NCBI GenBank assembly: GCA_030652335.1
Contig: JAUSAW010000006.1
Location: 96,499 to 160,498 of the forward strand
DNA length: 64,000 bases
Direction: 5' to 3'
From: Gammaproteobacteria bacterium
GTDB lineage: Bacteria; Pseudomonadota; Gammaproteobacteria; Francisellales; CACEW01
Under the pieces are notes generated by a model that saw only the letters and a program-made list of their open reading frames with translations, did not search any database and was not told the origin of the DNA. Position numbers and translations under genes: made by a program. Position 1 is the first letter of the stretch. Every line of letters begins with the position of its first letter. This document shows, in pieces, positions 25,320-34,630 of this stretch.

Positions 25320-28300
25320 CTATGAGTCGTCTGATTTAGAACTAGTACTAGCGCTGCCTGGGCCCTGTTCTCGTTTCGCTCTTTCTCGAGTTTGTGCACC
25401 ATCTGCGATGCCTTTGCCAGTACCCGTTCCTTCGCTCTTCGCAGTTGATGAAGCATCCTGATCAAATTTAGAAGTTTGACCGGCTTTATCGCCCATGGTG
25501 CCAATACCTTTTTCAGCACCTTGACTACCTGCGCCTGCCATCTTATCCGCACCTTGAGACGCTGTGCCAGAAAGTGATTGAACATCTTGAGCCCCAGCTT
25601 GGTCGCCTCGATGACCGCCTACCCACTCCATCACTTTATCCGGAATAGTGTAAATGGTTGAAAAACATTTATTAAAGGCTAATACGATAAAGGAGCAATA
25701 GACTAAAAGCATCAGGCTAGCGAGGATACCCTGTACCAGTTGATCGTTTTGTGGCACAGCATTGAGTAGGCTTGCGGCCACAGTATGGAAACCTTGGGCG
25801 GAGAATGTAATCACCACATAGGTCAATAAAATACCTGTAATCATACCTATAACCATCAATACCGGTCTAAATACGACGCTTAATAGCATTCTTACGGCAG
25901 GTGCACTATGGCCCATATAATCATGCCCTCCAGGATGGGCTAAACCAAGCATGACAATAGGAGCGGCTACGACAGCCTCAAGCACCGCTAATAGCCAGGC
26001 AATTTCACCGGCCCAGAACAGGAGATAGGGGGTTAACGGCACGATTAATGCAAACTGCACTCCAGCGGTAAATAACGAGGTCAATACAAACATGACGATG
26101 GGTAACCACATTAAGGTCATCGATATCGAGGTCAGCTCATTAATAGTCTTAATCTGCATAAGCAAGTTCATCGCCGATGCAGAAGCGCTTAATGCTCCTG
26201 ATAGAGCGCTTGAAACAGGGGCCCACATTGGGTTGGAGGCTAGCGAGGCGGCGAACCCTGCCGATACTGATAAGCCAATCCCCGCATTCATATAGAAATT
26301 TAAAGACGACTCGAAGGTTTGATATTCATTTTGGAAGTGATTAATGATGTCTTCCATGCTGGTTATACAAACCATAATCATGCTAATACCAACGGATTGG
26401 GTTTGCTGCATTAAGCTAAATTGCTTAGCTACTAGGCCTGGAACTGCAGGGGGCGAGCCTAAATTATAGACTTGTTGAATTACGCTGTTGAGTGAGGCAG
26501 TAGGGTCGGCAGAATCGGCACCTAATAGCCCAGAAAAGATCTCATTTAAGGCCATAGTGACAGGTAAGCCTTCACTAGGTCCAGACTGTAAGATGTTATT
26601 GGCTTGTAAGACATTTAACAAACCTTGCAAATAAGGCATGAGAATAACGTAATCCGATGGCACTTTAGTTGGGTTTGTCTTGTAATCTTGTGCAGCCATG
26701 GTCAAGAGAATGGATACTGGGCCTTGATATTGTGCAGGTAAATACGACAGGTCCATATATAAATCGGGGTAATTGGTTGAATCAATTACATGCAACTGAG
26801 TGGTCTGAGCAACATAGTTAGGATCAGGGTTGTAAGGAGCAATGAGTTGCGGCCAATTAGTAGGTGGAACCTGCATGGTTTGAACGGGCAGCGTAACATT
26901 AAAAATATTCGTTCCATGTATCTCATCAGCAGCACAGGAGAAAAATGATGCAGTAGGATCTACATTATTAGGCTGTGCAGCAGAATTGGTAATGCCCAGA
27001 GGCGTTAAATTTCCAGCGTAGACCCAATCGAGATTATAAGCGCCGCATTGGGCTATATTGGGATAAATTTGTCCCATAGCCCAGACTGATACTGAATATC
27101 CAAGAGTGAAATTCCCTTCAAATGTGGCACTATTACCTGCATTTTGTATTTTGTTGATAAGGGTTTGCAATTGTGTCCATAGTTGTGCCAAAGACTGTGA
27201 CAATTGATTATCTATTACCAGATAAGAGCTACCTGCTTGCCACCAGCTATTATTTAATTGCATATCTATCATCGGCCCAGGCTGGCCTGGAATAGAAGAA
27301 GTGCCTGGGACCCAGTAGTCATTTAAATTATAGGCTACAGGGTAAACTATTTGATTATAAATAGGGTCTCTAATCGGTTCCCCTCTACATTTTATGCCAC
27401 CAGAGCCAGGCGTAGTGCCATAAGGGCAGGCGCTGTAATTTATATAGATATTAGGTGGCACGCCATTAGGTTGCATAGGCGTATTAACCTGGGTATTAGT
27501 ATCATCGCTACCGGATGTGGTAGGAGCAGGAGCCGGCATATTGCCGCTACTACCACTTTCTTGATAGGCTAATTCAAATTGTGAAATGGCAACATTTGCT
27601 TGGGCCTCATCCATAATGGACGCTACAGGGCCTTGCAAACTACAACTTACCGTGCCGGCGGATGGATCTTTTGGGCAAGGGGTTGGCGGTAGCGGAGTTT
27701 TAGTTGGTACAGGGTTGGCAGTGCCCGTTGAAGGAACGACATAGGTGCTAATTAGGGCTTGAACTGAGCAATAGGTTGCTGTAATAACATCGCCTGCGGC
27801 CATAGTACTGCAATCAGGTAGACTCCCACTGGCTGTCAATAACCTATCAGGGAAAGTATAGGTATAGTTACCCGAGACATTGATTTTACCATCTGGAGCC
27901 CAGTTCATAGGTGTAAAGCTTGAATTATATATGAAGTTATCAAGCCTGGACTCAGTCATGTTAACGGGTGGGCTGGCCTGGCTAGTATTTGAACCAATAA
28001 ATATATAGTAGTTTGCGTTCTGCCCGCTATATTTTTGTCCTGTTATGGTCGTGCTAGTTAAAAGTGAATTTAAAGCACCGCTACAATCTGCTATGTCATC
28101 AGGGAAAAGCTGACTACAAAGACCATTAGTACCTGCAATTTGGTTGTTAAGAGCAGTAACCACAAATTCAGGAGCAGAAGCGGCTGTTTTTTGCCCAACG
28201 ATGACCGTCTCAGAAACGGGGATTACCACCTTCCCATTCAGAGGTTGACCTGGTATAGCCATTACAATTTTTTCAACGGCTTGAGTTAAAAAGACCTGCT

Positions 28301-28799
28301 CGACCATTTGGGTGACGGTATTATTTAAATAGACAGGGATAGGAGGCTGTGAGCTATGGTTAAACACTTGATCGATGGTGTCTTTCCAGACCGTTGTACC
28401 CATATTAATCCCAATTAATACGGCATATAGGACGATTTTTTGCCCGATACATAAGCCGGATTTAAGCGGTACAACAAATAATAGGCCAAAAATAAGGCGA
28501 ATAGGGGTCCACATGGTATGCCAGCTTTTGCCTAACATCTGTCCATCAGAGGCTGTATTCATGGTGCCAATAAAGACCATGATTGCAAACAGAACGCTAC
28601 CGCAGCCCAGTAAAGCTTGGTTAAAATAGAGCATCATCGAAGCAAATAAAGGCAAAGGAACGATGTTTCCTGCAGAGTCAGTATCGCCGGGGCTAGGAAT
28701 GGAACTATCCACCATGTGTTGGACTGACCCAATAATTTGGTTCAATATTACGACAGATTGGTCAGACCATTGAGGTAAGCCTAATGAAATTAAGGACAT
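25320..28799 (-). CDS. dotA: DotA polytopic T4BSS protein
   Basis: 1159 aa. The N-terminal SDQSVVILNQIIGSV and GTMNTASDGQMLGKSWHTMWTPIR match the recalled L. pneumophila DotA (SDYSVVFLGNLFGVV, STMNTAHEGQMLGQKWSSIWVPVR). It has a large periplasmic middle region, a cluster of C-terminal transmembrane helices and a ~99-aa low-complexity tail. Confidence 0.9.
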   Translation of the reverse strand: MSLISLGLPQWSDQSVVILNQIIGSVQHMVDSSIPSPGDTDSAGNIVPLPLFASMMLYFNQALLGCGSVLFAIMVFIGTMNTASDGQMLGKSWHTMWTPIRLIFGLLFVVPLKSGLCIGQKIVLYAVLIGINMGTTVWKDTIDQVFNHSSQPPIPVYLNNTVTQMVEQVFLTQAVEKIVMAIPGQPLNGKVVIPVSETVIVGQKTAASAPEFVVTALNNQIAGTNGLCSQLFPDDIADCSGALNSLLTSTTITGQKYSGQNANYYIFIGSNTSQASPPVNMTESRLDNFIYNSSFTPMNWAPDGKINVSGNYTYTFPDRLLTASGSLPDCSTMAAGDVITATYCSVQALISTYVVPSTGTANPVPTKTPLPPTPCPKDPSAGTVSCSLQGPVASIMDEAQANVAISQFELAYQESGSSGNMPAPAPTTSGSDDTNTQVNTPMQPNGVPPNIYINYSACPYGTTPGSGGIKCRGEPIRDPIYNQIVYPVAYNLNDYWVPGTSSIPGQPGPMIDMQLNNSWWQAGSSYLVIDNQLSQSLAQLWTQLQTLINKIQNAGNSATFEGNFTLGYSVSVWAMGQIYPNIAQCGAYNLDWVYAGNLTPLGITNSAAQPNNVDPTASFFSCAADEIHGTNIFNVTLPVQTMQVPPTNWPQLIAPYNPDPNYVAQTTQLHVIDSTNYPDLYMDLSYLPAQYQGPVSILLTMAAQDYKTNPTKVPSDYVILMPYLQGLLNVLQANNILQSGPSEGLPVTMALNEIFSGLLGADSADPTASLNSVIQQVYNLGSPPAVPGLVAKQFSLMQQTQSVGISMIMVCITSMEDIINHFQNEYQTFESSLNFYMNAGIGLSVSAGFAASLASNPMWAPVSSALSGALSASASAMNLLMQIKTINELTSISMTLMWLPIVMFVLTSLFTAGVQFALIVPLTPYLLFWAGEIAWLLAVLEAVVAAPIVMLGLAHPGGHDYMGHSAPAVRMLLSVVFRPVLMVIGMITGILLTYVVITFSAQGFHTVAASLLNAVPQNDQLVQGILASLMLLVYCSFIVLAFNKCFSTIYTIPDKVMEWVGGHRGDQAGAQDVQSLSGTASQGADKMAGAGSQGAEKGIGTMGDKAGQTSKFDQDASSTAKSEGTGTGKGIADGAQTRERAKREQGPGSASTSSKSDDS

Positions 28800-28800
28800 A

Positions 28801-29217
28801 TTATACTCCTTTACCTAAAGTGGCCTGGTACCAATCTTTAAAACTGCATCCTAAGACACCGCTTTTAATTTGAAACATCCAGAAATTATAGCGGAAGGAC
28901 AATGATAAGCACATAATGCTAAAGCAAATGCTTAATAAGCCTGCAATATGGTACGCATGCAGGAAGTTATAACCGGCATAGATTAAGGCCACAATTGCGA
29001 TAAGAAGATAGCTTAGAAAGAGCTTTTTAAATACCTGATACGTGATAGCTAGCTTAGCCGGGTCAGTTTCAATGGCATGTTTACCCGTAGATTTTGCATT
29101 AAGCTCAGTGGTTATCACTTCTTTGCTATAATTTTTGACAAAGGTATAGTTTTCAGAAATTTCTCTGAGCCCAAACATCCTTTTAAGGCCGCCTTTAGCT
29201 GATTGAATAATACCCAT
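28801..29217 (-). CDS. icmV: IcmV inner-membrane protein
   Basis: 138 aa. GYNFLHAYHIAGLLSICFSIMCLSLSFRYNFWMFQIKSGVLGCSFKDWYQATL parallels the recalled L. pneumophila IcmV GYQLFYGSFKAAVVSLVVMLIALVLAFRYHFWYFQIKERKLGCTFHEWFRQGL. Confidence 0.8.
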   Translation of the reverse strand: MGIIQSAKGGLKRMFGLREISENYTFVKNYSKEVITTELNAKSTGKHAIETDPAKLAITYQVFKKLFLSYLLIAIVALIYAGYNFLHAYHIAGLLSICFSIMCLSLSFRYNFWMFQIKSGVLGCSFKDWYQATLGKGV

Positions 29218-29218
29218 G

Positions 29219-31525
29219 TTACGCTCCTTGTTGCATCAACTCGTTAATCATAGTCTTTAAATCCCCAACTTTAGTGGGGTGACATGCGCCGTAGCTGGTC
29301 TGTTGCTCGAGTTTTTCGATAATCTCAAGCGATTCTTGTTTGGCTAGGCTTTCACTCTTGCCTTCTAAAATATTTAAGCGCTTCACTACTTCATAGAGCT
29401 TCTCTTTCGTTAGGATGCTAGGTTGAAGGGGCGAAACTTCCACATCAAATAGCGAGCTTGCCAATCTTTCTTCGACTGTGACGTGCATAAATATTGAGGG
29501 ATTGGTCGATTGGTCGCCAAAATCGATATTTTCTTCTGTTTGCTTGCCACCGATAAACTTTAAGATGGCTTGAGTGAGCTGATCATTATCTTTTTTAAGC
29601 GCGGGCTGATGCAGGATGGTAAATAATTCATCTAAGGCTTGAGGTTCAGAATTCATTACTAGCATCTCTGCAGTAAATGTAGCGCTCGCCAGGGTACGCA
29701 GTGAGGCGATAGACTGGTCGTTAGGCGATCTTACTTTAAGAAACTGATTTAATTTAATTTTTTTAGTTTTTCTAGGGTTGGCATGGAAAAATTTAGCACG
29801 AATAATAGTCGATTTAAAGAAGATATGGGCTTCACCTTCTCGTTGATCTTTTAAGTCCAATAAATCGATACGATTACGTTTATCATACGTCGCTTCCATA
29901 GAATCTTTATAATGGAAAGCCGAAGCACCTTCGCCTTGTCTATTTAAGCTTCTCGTCACCGATACGTAGGATTCTCCGGCCGTTTTTTGGAAAAACTCCC
30001 AGGTCTCTTGTGGGTCCTCTAGTTTCATACAAATTTTAATATTAGTATTCGCACAAATAGAGGCAGCTTCTTCTTTAGACGCTTTTTGGAAGGCAGGTAA
30101 ATCTTGACCCGCAAATACTACCGAGAAACCTAAAGAACGCGCCTGAGCTGGTACCACAGCAAAGCCTTTTACGGCATAGTAACCATACTCATCGAGTATA
30201 CAGAGATAAGGCGTTCTAGAGGTGGTAGGTTTCGTTTCGATAATATCTCTATAATCACCCTCGACTCGGCTGCCCAAGCCTTCTGCCAACATGGATTTTA
30301 AGGAGGCAATAATCAATTTACCCAAAGCGGATAATTCATCTGGGGATTTTTCTAAAGCAGGCAGCAAGACCACTAGAATTCGGCGATTTAATACCACGTC
30401 ACGAAAGTCCACTTCGGCTAGATTGGTACGGACAATATGGCCGTATACATCCGCTAAGGAACCGAAAATACGCGTTAACTGCATGGTGATATAACCATGT
30501 TGTTCATAAGCTTTACCGCTTTGCTTACCTTTTTCGCTTTTTTGATAGCCTGGTAAGGTCGCTAAGTAGTTTTCGATAGAATCTCTTACTTCAAATGGAA
30601 TGGGTTTTTCCAATACGGTGACCACATTGTTTTGATCGATAACTTTACGGTCATAAAGCATGTCTTCGATCGCGTCCAGGGTAAAGTATTTACGGATAAC
30701 ACCTGCTTCAAGCAATAAATAGCCATTGTCGCGCAACCAGACTAGGGGGCGCATTAAGGCCTCGGTAAAGGCGATAGCACGGCCTTTCCACATGTCGCCA
30801 TCCCCGCCACTGGGCGATGCTCCACCACCGCTATCCATTAGGCTAACGACTAATTGGGACAACATACTGGATGAGCCGGCAGCAAATGGGTTCATGGTAT
30901 TGGATAAAATATGTTCTTGAGGGCCAATAATATCGTTAGCACCGGTCATAAAGTTAACGAGCAAGAGGTCATCCTCTCGGCCCATCGTTCGGCATAGGGA
31001 AAAGATTTTAGCAAATAAGGCGTTATCGCCTTTACCATCGACATAAATAAAGCCGCTACCTTGTAATAAGGCATTATAAGCGATAGAAATTAGAGCTTCG
31101 GTCTTACCACTACCGGTGGAGCCAAATATTAACGCATGGGTCCGCATATCGTTATTGGTAAACCATAGCTGTTCTTGGGAGATAATGTCATTGCCAAAAA
31201 AATAGATCCCGCTAGCTTTATTCGGTTTTTTTGAGCCGGGTGGGACATCATTTTTATCCGGTAAACCGGCATAAATCGGCATTTTAAAGGGCAAGGTTTT
31301 CATGGTAAAAAAGGAATACCAGAAAATGACAATGGCAAAAATGAACAGAAAATCCACTGCCACTGGGAAATAAAACATCAGTACCGCTAAACCAAAGACC
31401 AGCGCACTCGAACCTACCTGGCTTAACAATAAGTCTCTAATTTGTTCCCAAAATGGGCGTATGTCCCTTACCGCTTCTGAAGGAGCATGTTCCTGACTCT
31501 TAATAATGCCGCGAAACTTAGCCAT
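29219..31525 (-). CDS. dotL: DotL/IcmO type IV coupling protein ATPase
   Basis: 768 aa with two N-terminal transmembrane helices, Walker A GSTGSGKTE and a Walker B-like CILDEYGYY. The long C-terminal extension is the adaptor-binding region in L. pneumophila DotL. Confidence 0.9.
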   Translation of the reverse strand: MAKFRGIIKSQEHAPSEAVRDIRPFWEQIRDLLLSQVGSSALVFGLAVLMFYFPVAVDFLFIFAIVIFWYSFFTMKTLPFKMPIYAGLPDKNDVPPGSKKPNKASGIYFFGNDIISQEQLWFTNNDMRTHALIFGSTGSGKTEALISIAYNALLQGSGFIYVDGKGDNALFAKIFSLCRTMGREDDLLLVNFMTGANDIIGPQEHILSNTMNPFAAGSSSMLSQLVVSLMDSGGGASPSGGDGDMWKGRAIAFTEALMRPLVWLRDNGYLLLEAGVIRKYFTLDAIEDMLYDRKVIDQNNVVTVLEKPIPFEVRDSIENYLATLPGYQKSEKGKQSGKAYEQHGYITMQLTRIFGSLADVYGHIVRTNLAEVDFRDVVLNRRILVVLLPALEKSPDELSALGKLIIASLKSMLAEGLGSRVEGDYRDIIETKPTTSRTPYLCILDEYGYYAVKGFAVVPAQARSLGFSVVFAGQDLPAFQKASKEEAASICANTNIKICMKLEDPQETWEFFQKTAGESYVSVTRSLNRQGEGASAFHYKDSMEATYDKRNRIDLLDLKDQREGEAHIFFKSTIIRAKFFHANPRKTKKIKLNQFLKVRSPNDQSIASLRTLASATFTAEMLVMNSEPQALDELFTILHQPALKKDNDQLTQAILKFIGGKQTEENIDFGDQSTNPSIFMHVTVEERLASSLFDVEVSPLQPSILTKEKLYEVVKRLNILEGKSESLAKQESLEIIEKLEQQTSYGACHPTKVGDLKTMINELMQQGA

Positions 31526-31779
31526 TATTTCCGCTCAACTATAATTTTTTTTGGACCGGTTATTAGCTGTCTTAACAGTCTAAAAGCGGCTACTAAAGGT
31601 ATTTTGTAATAATTTAAAAAACTTAAAATAGTGATAACGACGACGGCAATGCTGATCGTATACCAGTTCAATTTTAATAAGACTAATAAAATAGCAAAAG
31701 CGCCTCGAGCATCGATATAAAATAGCAAGGGGGTCAATCCTGAGTCGCGCCAATGCGGTGAGGTATCTTGCCTAGCCAT
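31525..31779 (-). CDS. icmT: IcmT small membrane protein
   Basis: 84 aa. HWRDSGLTPLLFYIDARGAFAILLVLLKLNWYT matches the recalled IcmT NWRDSARTPRFFFVDARAAFPLFLFLLHISWWT. It overlaps both the dotB stop and the dotL start. Confidence 0.8.
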   Translation of the reverse strand: MARQDTSPHWRDSGLTPLLFYIDARGAFAILLVLLKLNWYTISIAVVVITILSFLNYYKIPLVAAFRLLRQLITGPKKIIVERK

Positions 31780-32896
31780 GTTGCTGCTGCTCCATCATTT
31801 GAAAACGCTTATAAGCGGCTTCTGTAATTAAGCCTGCTTTAAATTTTTCTGTGACGTCGGTTAAAATGGAGCGACCATGTGTATCCAATATTTCTCGCGT
31901 TTTTGTGACTATTTTATCGGTCGGAGTAGCTACTAAAATATCACGGACTGTATTATTGATAACGAGATATTCTCTTACTGCCATACGTTTCCCGTCTGGG
32001 GTAGGGACTAAGGCTTGCCACACGATTAATTTCACGGTTTCAAGTAAGTCAAACATCCGCGCATCGCGTTCTTCAAAGGGAAAAATAGTAATCATACGGC
32101 GTAAGGTGTCGGCTACTCCGTTACTATGCACGGTGGTATAAACCGGGTGCCCCGTTAAAGCCGCATCGATAACAGCTTCGATAGTAACTTGATCACGCGC
32201 TTCACCGACTAATATTAACCCTGGCTTACGACGTAAGGCATTTCGGACGCCCGCGGCAAAAGTAGGTAGGTTGCGAGGGATCTCGGTCTGGCTGACGATA
32301 GAGGAAGGCTTTTTAATTTTGTCATAGACATATTCGATGGGAGATTCATAGGTCAAAATCTTAAGGTTGCTGTCTTCTTGTTGACATAAATTAGCGATAA
32401 TAGAGGCCAATAAGGTGCTTTTACCGGAACCTGTAGCCCCGCTAATCACGACAATACCTTGTGGGATATTTAAGTTTTCTAAAATAGCCGCTTCCACTCC
32501 GAGTTTCTCTAAGGCAGGTGGCTCGCTGGAAATAGTCCGCATGGTCATCTGTAAGCCTTGATAACCATCGAAGTAGCAAGGGGTTATATTAACCCTAAAG
32601 CGATATTCTATTTTGTTACTGACCTTAACACGATAGTTGGTATCGATATCGGTACCGCTAAAAATCATGGCCGTCGCATTCGCGCCGTAAATATGTTTAA
32701 TTAAATCCGATACTTCTTGTAAGGTGAGTTCGCGTTGGGTCACTCGTAGTTGTTTGCCATGAATTTCAACAAACACGCACTCCCCACTTTGAATAGTAAT
32801 ATCGGAGGCGCCTTTGTCGTAACAAAAGGCTAATAATCGGTCGAGCTGTGAGGCAATAAAATAAGCGGGCTCTGCTGGGAATAAAAAGGCATTCAT
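31772..32896 (-). CDS. dotB: DotB secretion ATPase (PilT/VirB11-like)
   Basis: 374 aa with Walker A GATGSGKST, LILVGEARD, and the His box TGHPVYTTVHS. Confidence 0.9.
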   Translation of the reverse strand: MNAFLFPAEPAYFIASQLDRLLAFCYDKGASDITIQSGECVFVEIHGKQLRVTQRELTLQEVSDLIKHIYGANATAMIFSGTDIDTNYRVKVSNKIEYRFRVNITPCYFDGYQGLQMTMRTISSEPPALEKLGVEAAILENLNIPQGIVVISGATGSGKSTLLASIIANLCQQEDSNLKILTYESPIEYVYDKIKKPSSIVSQTEIPRNLPTFAAGVRNALRRKPGLILVGEARDQVTIEAVIDAALTGHPVYTTVHSNGVADTLRRMITIFPFEERDARMFDLLETVKLIVWQALVPTPDGKRMAVREYLVINNTVRDILVATPTDKIVTKTREILDTHGRSILTDVTEKFKAGLITEAAYKRFQMMEQQQHG

Positions 32897-33660
32897 GAGC
32901 TGGATCCTGAGTTAGGCCCATTATTGCTAACACCCACCGGCGCCCAGAATTTGCTTTGAAGTTGGAGTTGAGGTTGGGCGGTAATTTGCCAGGTCCGATC
33001 GTCAACCATCATGTGATTGCCGCTTCCTGTTACCCCTTGCTGGGATTTTTGAACATAGAATGGGCTAATCATATTTTGTACTAATAATTGTTTGTACAAT
33101 AACATGCCATTAAAATCGCGCACCATGGTATGTAAATTAATTTGATAAATACCAACCGCTTGATTGACACCTTCTTGCCAGCCCTCGGTAACGTTGGCTT
33201 GCCAAATCGCCTTTTCGGCGGCATTGACGGGCAGTAATATCTTATTAGGCAACTGAGGTTGGGGGTAAGCCATCCATAAATAAGTACGCCATGTGGGAGG
33301 AGTCGTTACAAATCGAACCGATTCGACGATATTATAGGTGATTCCGGCGATTCGAATGCTATCGCCCTGATCATCGATATTCACCAAATTATCCGCCCGA
33401 ACGATTACGGGAGGTAATAAATTATTCTTATAGATTACTAAGCTAAAGTTGAAAATACTATCGAGTTGCTGAGCATTTTGTTCCAATTGCGCGTCGATCG
33501 ATTGCGATTCTGCTGCAAGACCGGCCTGCATGCCTAAGGCTTGTGCAGCCTGTTGAATAGCCTTATCCCTGATATCAGTAAATGAAACTTGCTGCTGATA
33601 ATACCCATTTGTTGGTGCTAAATTTTGCAACTGGGTCAAGGTGTAGGGCTGAGTAATCAT
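32893..33660 (-). CDS. dotC: DotC outer-membrane-complex component homologue (no recognisable signal peptide)
   Basis: 255 aa. The blocks LDSIFNFSLVIYKNNLLPPVIV, FVTTPPTWRTYLWMAYPQP, GMLLYKQLLVQNMISPFYV and GVTGSG match the recalled L. pneumophila DotC (LDAIYDFNSLVLEHNILPPVLL, FITTPPTWRQYLWMDYVKP, GMILYRKLLAMNMVSPPYV, GVTGDG). Confidence 0.85.
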   Translation of the reverse strand: MITQPYTLTQLQNLAPTNGYYQQQVSFTDIRDKAIQQAAQALGMQAGLAAESQSIDAQLEQNAQQLDSIFNFSLVIYKNNLLPPVIVRADNLVNIDDQGDSIRIAGITYNIVESVRFVTTPPTWRTYLWMAYPQPQLPNKILLPVNAAEKAIWQANVTEGWQEGVNQAVGIYQINLHTMVRDFNGMLLYKQLLVQNMISPFYVQKSQQGVTGSGNHMMVDDRTWQITAQPQLQLQSKFWAPVGVSNNGPNSGSSS

Positions 33661-34157
33661 GATCCTGTATACCTTAAGCTAATTAATTTTTGGTCGGTAA
33701 AGATCAAAATATTGGCATTAGCCCCGGCTTGTAAATCGGCATTACGAATAATATTGATGGCAGAGGTTTTTTGTTGAGTATCATCAATATTGACTAAAAT
33801 AGGGGTAGTAGGTGGCTTACCAAACACTTGAAGCTTGTAACCAATCATATCGGCTACTTGTTGCAATAAAGGCGCTATAGGCCCATACCATTGAATGGAA
33901 ACAAAGGTATCTAAAGCTTGATCGTGCACATTAGCAAACGGCATATACGCTTCACTTTGGTAACGCGCCTTTTCGATTGCCGCGAGCTGAGATAGTGAGC
34001 CCGTTGCAGAGACGGCAGCAGCGCTCAAATCCTGTTGGATTAAAGCGCTGTTGTCGGGCAAAGCAGGGGCGGCGTTAGGTTTACTTGAACAACCTGAAAC
34101 AGCCAAGATGCTCACAGTAATTAAGCTATATGATAACCACGCTAGTCTTTTTAACAT
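33657..34157 (-). CDS. dotD: DotD lipoprotein
   Basis: 166 aa with lipobox LAVSGC|SS. VSIQWYGPIAPLLQQVADMIGYKLQVFGKPPTTPILVNI and IIRNADLQAG...LISLRY parallel the recalled DotD VDWSGPIEELTARIAKAAHFRFRVLGKSPSVPVLISI and ILRDIDYQAG...VVELRY. Confidence 0.85.
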   Translation of the reverse strand: MLKRLAWLSYSLITVSILAVSGCSSKPNAAPALPDNSALIQQDLSAAAVSATGSLSQLAAIEKARYQSEAYMPFANVHDQALDTFVSIQWYGPIAPLLQQVADMIGYKLQVFGKPPTTPILVNIDDTQQKTSAINIIRNADLQAGANANILIFTDQKLISLRYTGS

Positions 34158-34187
34158 TCATTTTACCCCTGCTTTTATACCCTAGCC

Positions 34188-34610
34188 TTAAGAAATAGAC
34201 TGAGCGTAATCTGTACCTGTATCAAACGAGTTATAAGCTTGTCCATCCGAACCGGCAACACTACCAACTAATACGTGGGTGATAGGCACGACGATAAATA
34301 AGAGTGAGCCAAATATAAGGCTTGCTAAACCCTTACTTAAATGTTTTTCTTGGCCAGTACCGGTATAGTTTTGTTTGAGATGCACTAAGCCTTTTACTAT
34401 TAATAGCAAACCTGCCAAGGTAATAACGATTTGAACAATTTTCCAGATACCACCCGCGGTTCCTTGAATGTTAGTTTGTAGCTGAGAAAAGGTCATAGGA
34501 GTAGCTGGGGGAGTAGGGTTCGCGGCGAATGCTGATCCTGCCACAACTAAGGTGCTCACCGCTAATGCAGCAATTCCAAATTTTATTAAATCACGTTTAT
34601 TAAATTTCAC
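34188..34610 (-). CDS. icmD: IcmD/DotP-like small membrane protein
   Basis: 140 aa with a signal-like N-terminus and two further transmembrane helices. Its size, topology and position directly after icmC match IcmD. Sequence similarity was judged only loosely from memory. Confidence 0.55.
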   Translation of the reverse strand: MKFNKRDLIKFGIAALAVSTLVVAGSAFAANPTPPATPMTFSQLQTNIQGTAGGIWKIVQIVITLAGLLLIVKGLVHLKQNYTGTGQEKHLSKGLASLIFGSLLFIVVPITHVLVGSVAGSDGQAYNSFDTGTDYAQSIS

Positions 34611-34630
34611 AGTGTATCTCCTATTTAAAA

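Noticed and set aside
25150-25585. ORFs 25150..25461 (+) and 25298..25585 (-), overlapping the dotA 3' end and orf108.
   Set aside because: They are alternative-frame or antisense readings of the low-complexity DotA tail. They have no Shine-Dalgarno sequence and no independent support.
32766-33005. 79-aa minus-strand ORF across the dotC/dotB junction.
   Set aside because: It is out of frame with two well-supported, overlapping Dot genes.
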